From contig NC_057711.1 of assembly GCF_004010195.1 (NCBI RefSeq), positions 80,129,457 to 80,193,456 on the forward strand: a stretch of DNA of 64,000 nucleotides. Direction: 5' to 3'. The notes under the pieces were generated by a model that had not been told where the DNA came from, did no database searches, and saw nothing but the letters and a program-made list of their open reading frames with translations. Each line of letters opens with the position of its first letter. Position 1 is the first letter of the stretch. Below are positions 14,113 to 26,471 of this stretch, in pieces. Origin of the DNA: Chiloscyllium plagiosum. Lineage: Eukaryota. A program made the translations under genes and the position numbers.

Positions 14113-14237
14113 ATCCTATTCGTTATATTGACTTAGCACTGGAAATGGATGCAAAATTAGAACACACTAGTTAGCTCCTTGCAGGAGCAATAATTTAAAT
14201 CCTTATGACCAAGATGATTTTGTTGTATATCTCTATT

Positions 14238-14725
14238 TGTTATGTTGGAATTTGCAGGTGGGGTTCTTCACATCCGTGGAATCATGTCACAACAGTGGTG
14301 TTTTAATTGAGGTGGACCAGGTTTCTGTCTGTCTTGATGTAGTGAGCTCGCTATCCAACGTTTTATCCAATAAATTATCTGTGATCCTGACAAGGATAAG
14401 CTTAATTGGTTTAGGGTATATACTCAATGCACTGATTTAAAAAAGCCATTTATGGATTTGAGTTTGAAATTTTTTGGTGATGTCTGCATTTTTAAAAGGT
14501 CAATGTAAAGACACATTGGAACCTTTTTTTTAAAAAAAGTAAAGATTTTCTTGGAAAACACATGGTTCCAGGTAATTGTTGGCTTTAGTGACTTGAAAAC
14601 ATTTCAAGGGAACACCCTTGACTGTTTTACAACTGGATTTAAGCTGTTCTGTTCGAACAGGGTTTGCAGGCTTAGACTTCATTTGGATTTTCAATGGGGA
14701 AAGCCCGGTTCAGAACAATCAGTTC
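14238..14725. mobile_element. Truncated copy of the LTR-like repeat at 5788-6791
   Basis: Shares blocks such as GGTGTTTTAATTGA.GTGGACCAGGTTTCTGTCTGTCTTG and TTGAAAACATTTCAAGGGAACACC. Confidence 0.65.
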
Positions 14726-15799
14726 CACTGTTTCTGGCCTTTTTCCATTCGCTGGAATCTTATCTATTTCAGGTGGGTGATATGGTGGCAGGTAGGAAGT
14801 GAGAGAAACAGAATTATAAATCTAGCATTCTAACTTTAACTCCACTGTTGCTGGATTTTCACAGGGCTTTGACTCTTTGAACAATTGCAAGGACTGATTT
14901 AGCTCTTGATGAAATAGATTGTGGCCATCAGTAAGGCAAAGTGTGTCAGAAAAGAGGGATGTCATTCAGCCTGGTTTCAGATGCATGAAATAACAGTATT
15001 CATCAATTGAGCAACTATAGTGTGCAAAGTTGTTGCTATGATAAACAGAATACTGTCCTTCAGGTGAGTGATTCAGAGGTCTATCTATGATGACAGAAGT
15101 ATGTCATTAACCTACTTGGGAAACATTGAACTCTTCACTATATCAGCTCCCATTGCAGAGGTTTGATGAATGTTCGGGCCTAAATTCTGGAAGCAACCAT
15201 TTTCTAAAAAGGCTTCTATTAAGTAAAACAAAACATGCGTAGCTGCCGGCAGGAACATATTCCTGCTGCTGACTTCCATTTTTCAATAATACCATGCTCC
15301 TCTCAGTTCTAAATTACAACTGTGCCAAACACTTTAACAGGCCTCAATAATTAGAATTAGAATGCCCACGGCTGAGAAAAGGGGTAAGGGTTAGTGGTTA
15401 TCAGCTGATGCAGGAGGAGAAAATCAAAATGCATTTCACTTAAATTTGTCATTGTGCACTGGTATCCTTTTTAAATCAATCAATAATCTTGGAGTGGTGA
15501 GGGAGAGGTGAATAGACTGATATCAGTTGAGTTTGAAGGAGACGCTGATACAGAACAAGAGCTTGAAGGATGCCTGACAGGAGGATAGGACTGCATGTGA
15601 CAAGAAGCTGAGAAATGAGCACTTTCTCAGTTACTATAAACTGAGCATTTTAAAAAATTGAGAGTTGCTCCTTAATTCATTCAAGCACCAACATTTGTAT
15701 CATCACTACATATAGTACACTATAATTCAAGATTATCTGTGTGACAACACCTAGGAAGCAACAGATAACTTTATCAATAAAAGGGAAGCTCCTCAATTT

Positions 15800-16020
15800 T
15801 GAAACTTTATTGCTGGAACAGCACAGCAGGTCAGGCAGCATCCAGGGAACAGGAGATTCGACGTTTCGGGCACAGGCCCTTCTTCAGGAATTCCTGAAGA
15901 AGGGCCTGTGCCCGAAACGTCGAATCTCCTGTTCCCTGGATGCTGCCTGACCTGCTGTGCTGTTCCAGCAATAAAGTTTCAACTTTGATCTCCAGCATCT
16001 GCAGACCTCACTTTCTCCTC
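15800..16020 (+). mobile_element. Miniature fold-back PLE-terminus insertion, copy 1
   Basis: Perfect 184 bp palindrome at 15799-15982 plus a 38 nt tail. TSD GAAGCTCCTCAATTT at 15785-15799 and 16021-16035. Confidence 0.9.
15890..15925 (+). ncRNA. Minimal type I hammerhead ribozyme motif (mirror copy on minus strand, 15856-15891)
   Basis: AUUC-CUGAAGA-A-GGGC(CUGU)GCCC-GAAA-C-GUC-GAAU. This gives stem I AUUC/GAAU, a conserved core, a 4 bp stem II and a palindromic ACGU stem III, with predicted cleavage after 15921. Confidence 0.8.
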
Positions 16021-16364
16021 GAAGCTCCTCAATTTCTTTGACGAAGTGAAAATCAAACTCAATTCAGCAAATACCATAATATTCTGCACTTAGACATTCA
16101 AAATACATCTTATAACCTAACAGATGAGGTTACTGATAAAATTTACAGACATGGGCATAAAGAACAAAACGTAAGCTTGGATTAGAAATTGACAATAGCC
16201 AAATACACTAAGATCTGGTTAGCTAGGGAATGGCAGGTTAGGTGGAAGTGTAGGTGAATAACTTTAGTGTTTATGCTGCTGTTGTTTCTAATTTACTTCA
16301 ATGTCTTGTGTTCAGAAACTCAAAGCAAAAATATAAAATTTGCAGATGAAAAATTTGAATGCTA

Positions 16365-16730
16365 AGGGGTGACCTGACACTAGTTTACAAAATTGTGAGG
16401 CATGGATAGAATAGATGGTGGGGGTCTCTTTCCCATGATTGACATGGGAATTACTAGGGGACACAGGTTTAAGTTAAAAGGGGATAAGTTTAAAGGATAT
16501 GTGAGAGGCATTTTGTTGCACAAAAGGTGGTAAGTGCCTGGAATGTGTTGCCAGAGGAGGTGATGGAGGTGGATATAATAGCAACAGTTAAGAAGCATCT
16601 TGACAGATATATGAATAGATAGCAAATAGAAAGATACAGACCACATTGAGGGAAAAGGTCTTTAGTTTGAAAAGGCAGTGCAGTCAGGGTGGGCTGAAGG
16701 GCCTGTCCCATACTGTACTGTTCTTTGTTC
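16365..16730 (+). mobile_element. CR1 LINE 3' end
   Basis: ACTAGGGGACAC (TRGH), TGGAATGTGTTGCCAGAGG and a 3' GAAGGGCCTGT...TGTTCTTTGTTC tail. Confidence 0.85.
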
Positions 16731-16800
16731 AATCATGCTCTAAAAGACAAAATGCTTCCTCACCTCCACCTTGAATGGGAGCTGTCCTATTTTAAACATA

Positions 16801-16980
16801 GCTGAAACTTTATTGCTGGAACAGCACAGCAGGTCAGGCAGCATCTAGGGAACAGAAGATTCGACGTTTCGGGCACATGCCCTTCTTCAGGAAAGAAGGG
16901 CATGTGCCCGAAACGTCGAATCTTCTGTTTCAGCAATAAAGTTTCAGCTTTGATCTCCAGCGTCTGCAGACCTCACTTTC
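16801..16980 (+). mobile_element. Miniature fold-back PLE-terminus insertion, copy 2 (internal deletions)
   Basis: Same family as copy 1, with TSD TCCTATTTTAAACATA at 16785-16800 and 16981-16996. The hammerhead core is intact only on the minus strand (about 16859-16894). It sits in an old minus-strand CR1 3' fragment. Confidence 0.9.
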
Positions 16981-17139
16981 TCCTATTTTAAACATATACC
17001 ATTTACTTCTACACCCTCCTATAAGAACAAACATCCCCTCAACATCTATCTTGTCAACCCCCTCAGTATCAGATATGTCTCAGCATGAAGGGGAGGTCGG
17101 TGCTACATTGAGGAAAAACAGAATTCATTCTGTCTGTAG

Positions 17140-17671
17140 GTGTCCCACTTCCTTACCATTTTAATAAACCAACTTGTCCTCATGCTAACATTCGTCCTGG
17201 AATTGCTGTAATGTTCCAATGAAACATAATGCAAGCTTAAGGAACAATGCCTCATTTTCTGATTAGGCGCCATGCAACTTTGAGGTCTCAACTTTGAATT
17301 CCATATCTTTAGAATATGACTGCATATATCTGTTCTCCATTTTTCTTCCATTCTCCACCACCCTATCCTCACAGCCTCTCTTATATATTTTGCTCTTATT
17401 AAAGAAGACTCATTCTCTCTCTTTCACATTTTAATTTATGCATGTTTTTATATCTCTTTTTGTTTTCTACTTTCACTAATAACCTTTTATACCCTTCTTC
17501 ACCAACTGTCACCTTTTTCTTCCTCTGATGCAGTTACAAGTATAACACCTTTCCAACACCTTTCAGTTCTGAACAAAAGTCATATTGTACTTGAAAAATT
17601 AACTCTTTCTCTATCCACAGATACTGCTAGATCTGTTGAGTTTCTCCAGCAGTTTTTGTTAACTTTTCAGG
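17140..17671 (+). mobile_element. Old Penelope-like element 3' portion
   Basis: Degenerate GIY-YIG C-terminus (HFN...CKLKEQCLIF...GLNFEF). Decayed hammerhead AGTT-CTGAACA-A-AAGT...ACTT-GAAA-AATT-AACT at 17565-17604, then a CAGATACTGC...CCAGCA terminus. Confidence 0.7.
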
Positions 17672-17925
17672 TAGATTAGATTTGATTAGATTACATTACA
17701 GTGTGGAAACAGGCCCTTCGGCCCAACAAGTCCACACCGACCCGCCGAAGCGTAACCCACCCATACCCCTACATTTACCCCTTACCTAACACTACGGGCA
17801 ATTTAGCATGGCCAATTCACCTGACCTGCACATCTTTGGATTGTGGGAGGAAACCGGAGCACCCGGAGGAAACCCATGCAGACACGGGGAGAACGTGCAA
17901 ACTCCACACAGTCAGTCGCCTGAGG
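17672..17925 (-). mobile_element. HE1-type SINE, young and 5'-truncated
   Basis: CpG-retaining SINE body with a (TAGAT)n tail. The reverse-strand ORF has the typical DCGRKPEHPEETHADTGRTCKLHT signature. Confidence 0.9.
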
Positions 17926-19419
17926 AGTTAAGTGCATCAGAACTCTTCAAAAACTCTAATTCAGAGTTAGAAACATTTTTAGAGCATTTTAGGCATTGAG
18001 TATTTTCCCACTAAAAGATTAAATTTCTTGCACAATCCCTACATAGTCACCTTCCACATGGTTCTGAGATGCAACCCTTATTTACACTGCTGCAATGATA
18101 ATTTTCCTAATTGCATAATATGGGGAAAAAATCTCAAAACAGCAAACATTTTATTCAACTATGCAATCCATTAAAGCAACATGAGCTGTAATTTTTAATC
18201 TCACTTCAAAGAATTTATAATCTCTTAAACCATCAATGAAGTCTGAAGCGGTAGCCACCCATTGTATTAATAAGGAGCTTGTGAAGTAAAGTCATGAAGC
18301 AGTAATCCAGTAAACCCTTCAGTAAAATAGCAAGCCATGATTTTTTTTAGCACTCCAAACTTTTTTGATGATTTAAACAATGGAACTTCTAAATACTCTG
18401 ACAGCTGAACAACTCCCTTTGACAGTTACTTTTCACAATTTTTCTTGACAGTTTTGAAAGGTCCTTTAACAGTTTTGACAGGTCCTTTGACAGTTGCGTT
18501 TGTTAGGTGTATCGACCATTTCAATGTACTTGTCAGTTAAATCATTTATGGACTTTTGTCCACATTCACGCTCCTTTTAACAATTGAAAATGTTACTGTA
18601 CCTTCCCCAAAAGCCATCTTACCTCCCTCTAATGAAATCTGACCTCCAGTAAAAGTTACCCTGGATAATTTTAAAAGGTTACCTTTGCTACTAGAAGAAA
18701 TGTACAATATTCAGATTTGCTCTTGTCAGGCTTACTCTGCAATTGTTGGGTTTCATATGCCCGATCTACAAAATCTGACTTCAGTAAAGGCAACCAATGC
18801 TTTAAATGCCAACTAATTCTGGGAACTGTGCATGTATGAAATGTGGTCCAGCTCCATGAACGAGTGAATTAGTGTGTGGTGAGTTACTAAGTCTCAATAT
18901 TGTTCTAAAAGTTTTCTCTAGCAAGCATTTAACTAACTTTTAATGGGCTAAGAATTAAATTCAGGAAAGAAAGTTAAGCTTGTTTCTTCTAGCCTTAGGC
19001 AGAGTAAATAAATGTTATTGGAGATGAGCTGATTAGTTAATTACATTAAGTAGTTCAGTCTTTTCTTGCATCATAGCTCCAAAGAGTGCAAGTATAGAGG
19101 TCTCCAACCCATCCCCATGTCTGTGATTAACAACGTGAGTGTCCGGAGATAATGTTTTGGCTAAGTTCTGGGTATCAAGCCGAGAGTACTGACACTAAAG
19201 TTGTATCAGAGACATTCTCGGAGTGGTCCAAGCAGTGTGATTCTGCCCATTAGATGTTTAAACTCCCTCAGCAAAATACCACACATGTTTACAAGTCAGG
19301 ACTTCCTCAGACCCTGTACCACATAACAATGCCAAACTTCTCAACATTAACCATTGTTATCATCGGCTGGTCCAGGGTGAACTCTTTCAATGACTACATG
19401 GCCAATAATCATTAATGGT

Positions 19420-19655
19420 GAGTAAAAATAAATCAGATTAGATATGAGGAAAATGCTTCTGTGCAATGAATTATTAGGATTTAATGTGTTCTGGATTCAG
19501 ATTTAATAGCAACATTCAAAAGAAAATTGAATAAATTGTTGAAAGGGAAGAAAATATATGAGCAGATGCAGAAACTAACTGATTTGCTCTTCAGTAAAGC
19601 CAGTAGAGATTCAATGGGCCAAAATACATCCTTATTTTCTGTGCTTTATGATTCT
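19420..19655 (+). mobile_element. Highly decayed CR1 3' end
   Basis: ACATTCAAAAGAAAATTGAATAAATT and AATGGGCCAAAAT...CTGTGCTTTATGATTCT. Confidence 0.5.
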
Positions 19656-20689
19656 CTTCTTCTGTAATAGTTGTTTCATTTTATTTTCTGCAACCTGGAT
19701 GTTAAAATTAGAGAGACAGTCTAATTTTACAAAGCCACAACTCCTTCAAGAACATCTTATGGAACTGAAGAAGTGCAAGTCATAAAAGAACTGAGACTAT
19801 CAAAAACATTATTGTGTATTTTAAATTTTCTAATAAAAATAACATCTTAATTATTTTGACTAATCTGAATGATATGTGCGTTAGCGTTGATCAGAGCATC
19901 TAGTGTCAATTACCTCACTGTCTGTTAGTATCCTTGATGAACTCCAAATCAAGAAAGCATAAAGTCACGCTAGGTCAGTCATTTCTTATCTTTTTGCCAA
20001 TAAATCAGCACACACACCAGTCCAGATTAGGAGAAACATCTTATTGTCTCACTTAACTGACTTTGGGCTAGTGATCAAGATAATTTGTGCAAAAGTTTAT
20101 TTAAGCCTGTTTTTGGAATGTGTGATCACTCAGTGCCTGTTCCTGCTGAGGCAGCAGCAGACAGACCTCATGCTGCTTCTTCTAAATGATTTCAGAGTGT
20201 AGCTGGGCACTGTCCATGCAGTAAATGGAGACCAGGCAGCATGCATAGCAATCGTGTTTCAGTTGGTCTGCAGGTCTTTAAGGAACATTTTAAAATAGAC
20301 GGACAGTCAATTCAACTGAAGTTGCTGAATATTGCCTATGAACAGCTCAGAAAAATAAAAGTGCAGAAAATGGAATAACAAGCAAGAGAGAGAGGGGCAT
20401 TGCTGGTGTTCTGATGCAGCAGAAACACTCATCGAAGGCCATAGGGCCTCTACTGCGCTGTATTTTTCTATGTCTCTGATGCCTCATGGCGCAATTAGTA
20501 CAGGAACTGGAAAGGTGGAGAAATGCAATGTTCCTGAAGGTGGTCTCAAATCATACCCTGAGAAAGAAATGGAAACTGATAGTCAGGGATATTACTGTCC
20601 AGAAATCCACCTTAAGAAAATTGCAGTAGTGCTACAAAAAGTCCAATACCCCACTTTGACAGTAAATGTTAATGGATTCATCTTCACAT

Positions 20690-21200
20690 GACATCCCCAA
20701 CTCACAATCCAACAACATCTCATGCTCAAGAAACTCAAGAAGCTTAACACTATTCACGACAAATCAATTTGTTTGATTGGCACCCCATCAAAAACTTTGA
20801 ATGTTCATTGTCTTCACCACCAAAACAAAGGGATAATATGCTGTCCCAATTAGAAGTTGCACTGTCACAACTCATCAAAGCTCCTTCAAAAGCATCTTGC
20901 AAGACCACGAGATCGACCACTCAAAAGGACAAGGGAAGCAGATGCATGGGAGCATGACTACTTGCAAATTGCCCTCCAAATCAAATACCATGCAGATTTA
21001 GACCACTGTTGCTCTTTCTTCATTTTCACTCAGTTAAAGTTCTAGAACTTACTTTCTTACAATACAGTGGGTGGACAAATATCCCGAGGACTGCAGCAGT
21101 TCGAGAAGACAGCTCACTACGACCATCTCAGGGGAAATTAGGGTGGGCAATAAATGCTGGCTTGGGACCAGAGATGCCCACACCCTGTGAAAAAAATAAT
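20690..21200 (+). mobile_element. CR1/L2-clade LINE 3' end
   Basis: Homologous to 39400-39730 plus 40480-40745 and to 52825-53500. Ends ...GGGCAATAAATGCTGGC...GATGCCCACACCCTGTGAA. Confidence 0.65.
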
Positions 21201-21297
21201 TTGTTGCTCAATAAACCATAATCCAATCATTCTCCCATCAGCAACATTGAAATCTCAACATTCAGCTCTAGCATTCAGATATTCCACTTCATTCTCA

Positions 21298-21737
21298 CAG
21301 GGTTGGAGGGTTTGGGCTGTAGGAAGAGGCTGAATAAGTTGTTTTCCCTGGAGCTTCGGAGGCTGAGGGGTGACCTTATAGAAGTTTAGAAAATCATGAG
21401 GGACATAGAATAAATAGATAAGGTCTTTTCCCTGGGGTGGGGGAGTCCAATACTGGAGGTTTAGGGTGAAATGGGAAAGGTTTCAAATGGGAAAGGGGCA
21501 ACTGTTTCCTGCAGAGGGTGGTGCTTGTATGGAATGATTTGCCAGAGGAAGTGATGGAGACTGGTCCAATTATAATATTTAAAAGGCATCTGGATGGGTA
21601 TATGAATAGGAAGGGTTTAGAGGAATTTGGGCCAAGTGCTGGCAAATGGGAATAGATTAGGTTAGGATATCTGATCGGCATGGATGAGTTGGACCGAAGG
21701 GTCTGTTTCTGTGCTGTACATTTCTACAATTCTATCT
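21298..21737 (+). mobile_element. CR1 LINE 3' end
   Basis: Close homologue of 40020-40477 (CTGAGGGGTGACCTTATAGA...TGGAATGATTTGCCAGAGGAAGTG...GAAGGGTCTGTTTC). Confidence 0.9.
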
Positions 21738-24700
21738 ACCAATACTTCCAGCCTCACATCCTCCTCTCATTGCTTCCATATGCCTCCAAATAATCAACTA
21801 TGGCAGCACATTATCCAAACATATTACAACATGCCAATATTTCCTCTCCTTCTTGCAGGACATGCTGACACCTTATAGGAGACAGAGAAAACTGGAAGAG
21901 GACACGTACCACTGCATCACCTGAACCCTCTGAACAAGACAGTACTTCATTTTGTAGGACTGGCTATGACTTAGGATATTGCATTTGCGATCACTAAAAT
22001 CATTCAGGATGCTGGTATTTCCCTACCTTCTCAAATCACATCTCTCTCTCCTAGTGTCTGGCATGAAATGAAATCAGCAGATGGTATGATTGCAAACCCA
22101 TATTTTTGACCAAGTACCCACTTTACCTCACCCCAACCCTCCCCTTCAGTATTTCTGTTTTCAGACATTCAAGAACTGACATATTACTGGCCACTGCAGT
22201 CTCATAATGAAGACAGAGTGTAATGCCAGACTGCCGAGGAAGAAGCAGTGTTGCTTGATTTAATAGTTGCAGTTAACAGCTCAGAGACAGACCGTGTGTT
22301 TACCTTAGAGGGTAGCATAGAATTGGGGTCAGCACATGGCAAACCATCAGGCACAAGTGGGTTGTAGTCAAGCAAAAAGGAAAGAAAAGATCATAAATCA
22401 AATCTCGGGAAGGTAAGGTCACACATAAATTCTGTTACAGGGGTCTTGTATATGAAGTTTGATGGAGTAACATATAGTAGATTGCTGTTGAGCATGTACA
22501 CTGAGTGGACACCCTGATGATCAAAAATTTCTGCAATCTACCCAATGGTTCCTCTTTTGGAAGTTGGATGAATAGGTCTTTAAATAACACTCATGAGGTT
22601 GAATGATGGATGTCCCTTATGCAATTGATTACATATTCAGCTGGATGTCTAAGGGATGTCATTAACTGGATTGATTTAGTTGAAAATGGAAGATTGTGTG
22701 CCCGCTCAGTTAATTCTGATTTAAAGATGTATGGCACATGCATGCTCACACCCTGCCAACTTAGGTGGGGACTAGACTTAGATGAAGGAAATCAGAGGCA
22801 ATCCAATTGCTAATATTTCACATTGGGACTTCTGTAGCTCTTACACAAGAAGTTCAGTTTAGTGGCTCTTGATCTTTTGATCCATGAAAAGGAATGTTCT
22901 GTCTATATCATAATTTAGTTAGCATCAACACTTTCAGAGTATGCAGTCAAATTACTATTTTCAATTTAAAGGCACATTTTAAAAATATCCAATGACAGTT
23001 TAAATATTTGTTGATGGACATAGATAGGTTACATTTAGATGATTTAACCCTTTGTGTCAACTTGAGTAATTCTGAAAATGGAAGAAAAGAAAATGAAGCA
23101 AATGACACCGGTTGAGAGAAGTGGAACAAATGTAATACACCAAAACCACAAAACTTTAAGATTCCACAATAATTGGGCTATTTATCACTTTTTGAGTGAA
23201 CACTGGTGGAACAGAATAAAATACTATAGAATAGAATAAAATAGCAATTTATTGTCACGTGTACTTTTAGAAAAAAAACAGTGAAAAGTTTTATAAGTTG
23301 CCAGACCGTAGCACCTATATTAATGACATAAGCCATAGACAAGAAGAAAAAAAAGTCAAAATTAAGGCAAAGTTTTATTCAGATTAATTCCATTTTGGGG
23401 AAAGCCAATTAAAATAATGAACGCTGGAATAACTGGAAACCACCACTGCAGAGGATCTCCACACTGGCATGAGACTTCCACGACAGGAAATAATTGCCAA
23501 ACCTAGAGACCACTAAGTCATGTGGATACCGCAAAAATGGATTCATACATGTCAACTCCTTTAACAATAACATTTTTGTTCTTCCTGTTATTTTATGCAA
23601 TGCAAGAAATTCACATTGTTATGCTAAGTGAATAAATAAGGGAAAGTGTTCATGTTGTTTTAAAAGCAATCAACTAATAAAATGTCTAATTTACAAGGTA
23701 GTGGAATTGAGTTTGGGAGCAGTCCTTAGAGAGTTTGTAGAATGTAAGCTTGATAGTTTTGAAATTGGTTAGCAAAATGGGTCACTACAGCTTTAAAATT
23801 TTGCACAGTAACAGTACAGTGCAGTTCACTTGACAGTACTTATCCACTCCTTCACAAATGCTGCGAAATGAACTGTAAACTACACTCTTCTTTAAATGCC
23901 CTCACAAACGTGTGATCCTTAATATGTTCTATTGATCTCTGGAACTGATTTCTTGAGCCATTGATTTTTCTTACTCTCAGTCCATGGCCTTACCATCTCA
24001 GTGTTTATTCAGACGAGTCTCTCTAAATTGCTTCTAGTGAAGGTTGGTGCCAAAGGCCAATCCAGGCCAAGGTGCATGTGTACCTATCTATAAATCTGTG
24101 CTGGGGCTTTTGTTTCCAAATGTTGTTTGTGAATGTTGTTTGTCTTTGGCAGAAGAGGATGCCTATTAGTGAACTGAAACCAGGATATAGAAGTGAGATT
24201 TTCATATGCTATTTCACCCTTTAGCAACAACGGACACTATTCTTTCATTGAATACTAATGATCTGTGTGCCAGAGAAAGAAAGAAAAAAATTGAGGCTGC
24301 AAAATGTAAGGTCTTGTTATCAGGCAATGGTGCCTTACCAAAACATCTGTGGTAATGGGCTTCACATCAAAAACAAACAGAACTTATGCAATTGCGTTTC
24401 AGTACTCTACAGCCTGGTACGCCGTTCCACATACCTTTCTGATCTGGATGGAATGGGTGGGCACTTCTATTTTATTTTGTTAGAATGCAATTCTTTTCAC
24501 TCCAGGGACCTGGATTTGAATTCACCCCAGACCGAAGGGATAAAGATCTCCTCTGACACATCTGACGTATGTTACGGGTCACAAGTGAAATGAATTCTGG
24601 CAGCTTCAATCCAGTTCCCAGTAGACACAAGTCAGCACAAACTGCCCTAAATTCAGTACTAATTGGCACTAGCTTTGCAAGCTTTCTACACAACATAGAA

Positions 24701-24769
24701 AGGTTGGAAAATATGAGGGCAGGATCATTGTAGTGATGCAGAAGGAGATGACAGCATCAGCTCAGGTGA

Positions 24770-25145
24770 TTTTATACCTGCTTCTAAGACACAAGGATGT
24801 TGGTTTAAATTCCATGCCTCAAAATGGTGAATAGGACATCTTGGTGAATAGGAATGCTGTACTCCGGAGGTGCCATCTTTCAAATGAAACATTAAATTAA
24901 GGGTATGTCAGCTCTCTTAGCTGAATGTAATAATTCCAAAGTGTTACTTGAAGAAAAGTGGAAGCATCATTAGAGCCTTGTGCAATATGCCTTAAAAAAG
25001 GATTTCACTGTTCACTTTTTTGCTTTCTGTGGGACTTTGTTTTCTGTGACTTCATTAGTGTTTCTTACATGCAATGACACTTCAAAAGTACTTAACTGAC
25101 TGGGGAATGCTTTAGAAAATCTTGGTATCATGGTAAGCAAATATA
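24770..25145 (+). mobile_element. DeuSINE (SacSINE1/AmnSINE-like) remnant
   Basis: GGAGGTGCCATCTTTCAAATGAAACATTAAA...CTCTTAGCTGAATGTAATAATTCC resembles the Deu-domain consensus as I recall it. A B-box-like GGTTTAAATTCC lies upstream. Confidence 0.6.
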
Positions 25146-25149
25146 TAAA

Positions 25150-25204
25150 TCTTTCTTTCTTTCTTTCTCTCTTCCTTTCTTTCTCTCTCTCTTTCTTTCT
25201 TTCA
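25150..25204 (+). repeat. (CTTT)n/(CT)n microsatellite
   Basis: Direct reading. It probably forms the SINE tail. Confidence 0.9.
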
Positions 25205-25639
25205 ATGAGCACTTAGGATGCATTGTTGAAAAGATATTGTGGAAGGTATTCATTTAACTATGTATACCTGCAGAGGTACTCATGCAAATGGTTGCATTTT
25301 CAGCACTGAAAAGAAGTTATATTTTAAAACATATAAACTTGAAAATAATCATATAATTTTATTAAAGAAAGTAACAAGCTGCAATCACTGGCTTTTATTT
25401 GCATTTGTTACTAAGTAGAAGATACTGCTAGGCTAATCGAAGTTTAACTGTTGTAAGCTGGCAATAAGTGTGGCAGAAAACCTCTTCATGTGGGTGAATA
25501 TCTGACCAGTTGAAGCTAATACTTTTCTCAGCAGCTGCTGAAAACTTTGCTATTCCAGCCTTTGTACAGATTGATTCAGAATTTGCAAGGTTTGGCAGCA
25601 GTCTGACAGTGACACCATTTTTACCTCTCAAACTCTGAA

Positions 25640-25940
25640 AAGATAAGAAGACATAAAATAGGATCAGGAGTCAACCATACTATCCCTGGAGCCTGACCTG
25701 CCATTCAATACAATCAGGACTGATTAAGGATTCAATTCCACTTTCCTGCCCACTCAACCATATTGCTTGATTCCTGAGACACCCAAAATCTATCTATCTC
25801 AGCCTTATATAGATATTCAATGTTGGAGCATTCAAAACAATTGAGTGGATAGTTCCAAAAATTTATAACTCTTTGAGTGAAGGAATTTCTCCTCATCCCA
25901 AATAAGTGAAAGGTCCCTTATCTTGAGACTATGAGCCAGA
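25640..25940 (-). mobile_element. CR1 LINE 3' end
   Basis: AAGACATAAAATAGGATCAGGAGT tail and ACTCTTTGAGTGAAGGAATTTCTCCTCATC (reverse of RRNFFTQR). Confidence 0.75.
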
Positions 25941-26291
25941 TTTTGTGTTCCATAAGGATGAGGGAGATGGAACAGAAAGTTGTGGTCTATTGGCTTCTGT
26001 CCTCCCTCATCACACACCCAATTAGCAACTGCCTGGAATGAAATTGCTGATTAGTCCTGCAAAGGAGGAAAGGGGAATTGGAATCAGAAACTACGTCCTG
26101 ATGTGACAGATCAGTTTGGTGTCTCCTTCACATTAGCAAGTACAAATCACAGTCTTAAAGAAACCTGGATTTGGCACCAGTAGCATGGTTTGAATTATGG
26201 GATGCAGATATTTCCTTATCAACCTGTTCATAGTTGTTATTACATACTTTCTTGAGCAAATAGGACTTGAGCATTGACCTTCTGGTCCAGA

Positions 26292-26471
26292 GAACAGGAG
26301 ATTCGACGTTTCGGGCACAGGCCCTTCTTCAGGAATGAAGAATCATTCCTGAAGAAGGGCCTGTGCCCGAAACGTCGAATCTCCTGTTCCCTGGATGCTG
26401 CCTAACCTGCTGTGCTGTTCCAGCAATAAAGTTTCAACTTTGATCTCCAGCATCTGCAGACCTCACTTTCT
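26292..26471 (+). mobile_element. Miniature fold-back PLE-terminus insertion, copy 3
   Basis: 47 bp inverted arms (26292-26338 and 26343-26389) around a 4 nt loop. TSD CCTTCTGGTCCAGA at 26278-26291 and 26472-26485. Inserted into a minus-strand tRNA-derived SINE head. Confidence 0.9.
26345..26380 (+). ncRNA. Minimal type I hammerhead ribozyme motif (mirror copy on minus strand)
   Basis: Identical to 15890-15925, with predicted cleavage after 26376. Confidence 0.8.

Noticed and set aside
5788..14725. Two LTR-like repeats as the ends of one 9 kb provirus
   Set aside because: The copies are substantially diverged, the second is truncated, and no PBS or gag/pol lies between them.
15741..15950. 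ORFs over the palindromic elements (also 26395..26613)
   Set aside because: Incidental frames across non-coding repeat sequence.
15800..26471. Fold-back insertions as DNA-transposon MITEs
   Set aside because: The inverted repeat is asymmetric (unpaired 3' tail, variable arm length), the TSDs are 14-16 bp and variable, and the sequence is homologous to PLE termini.
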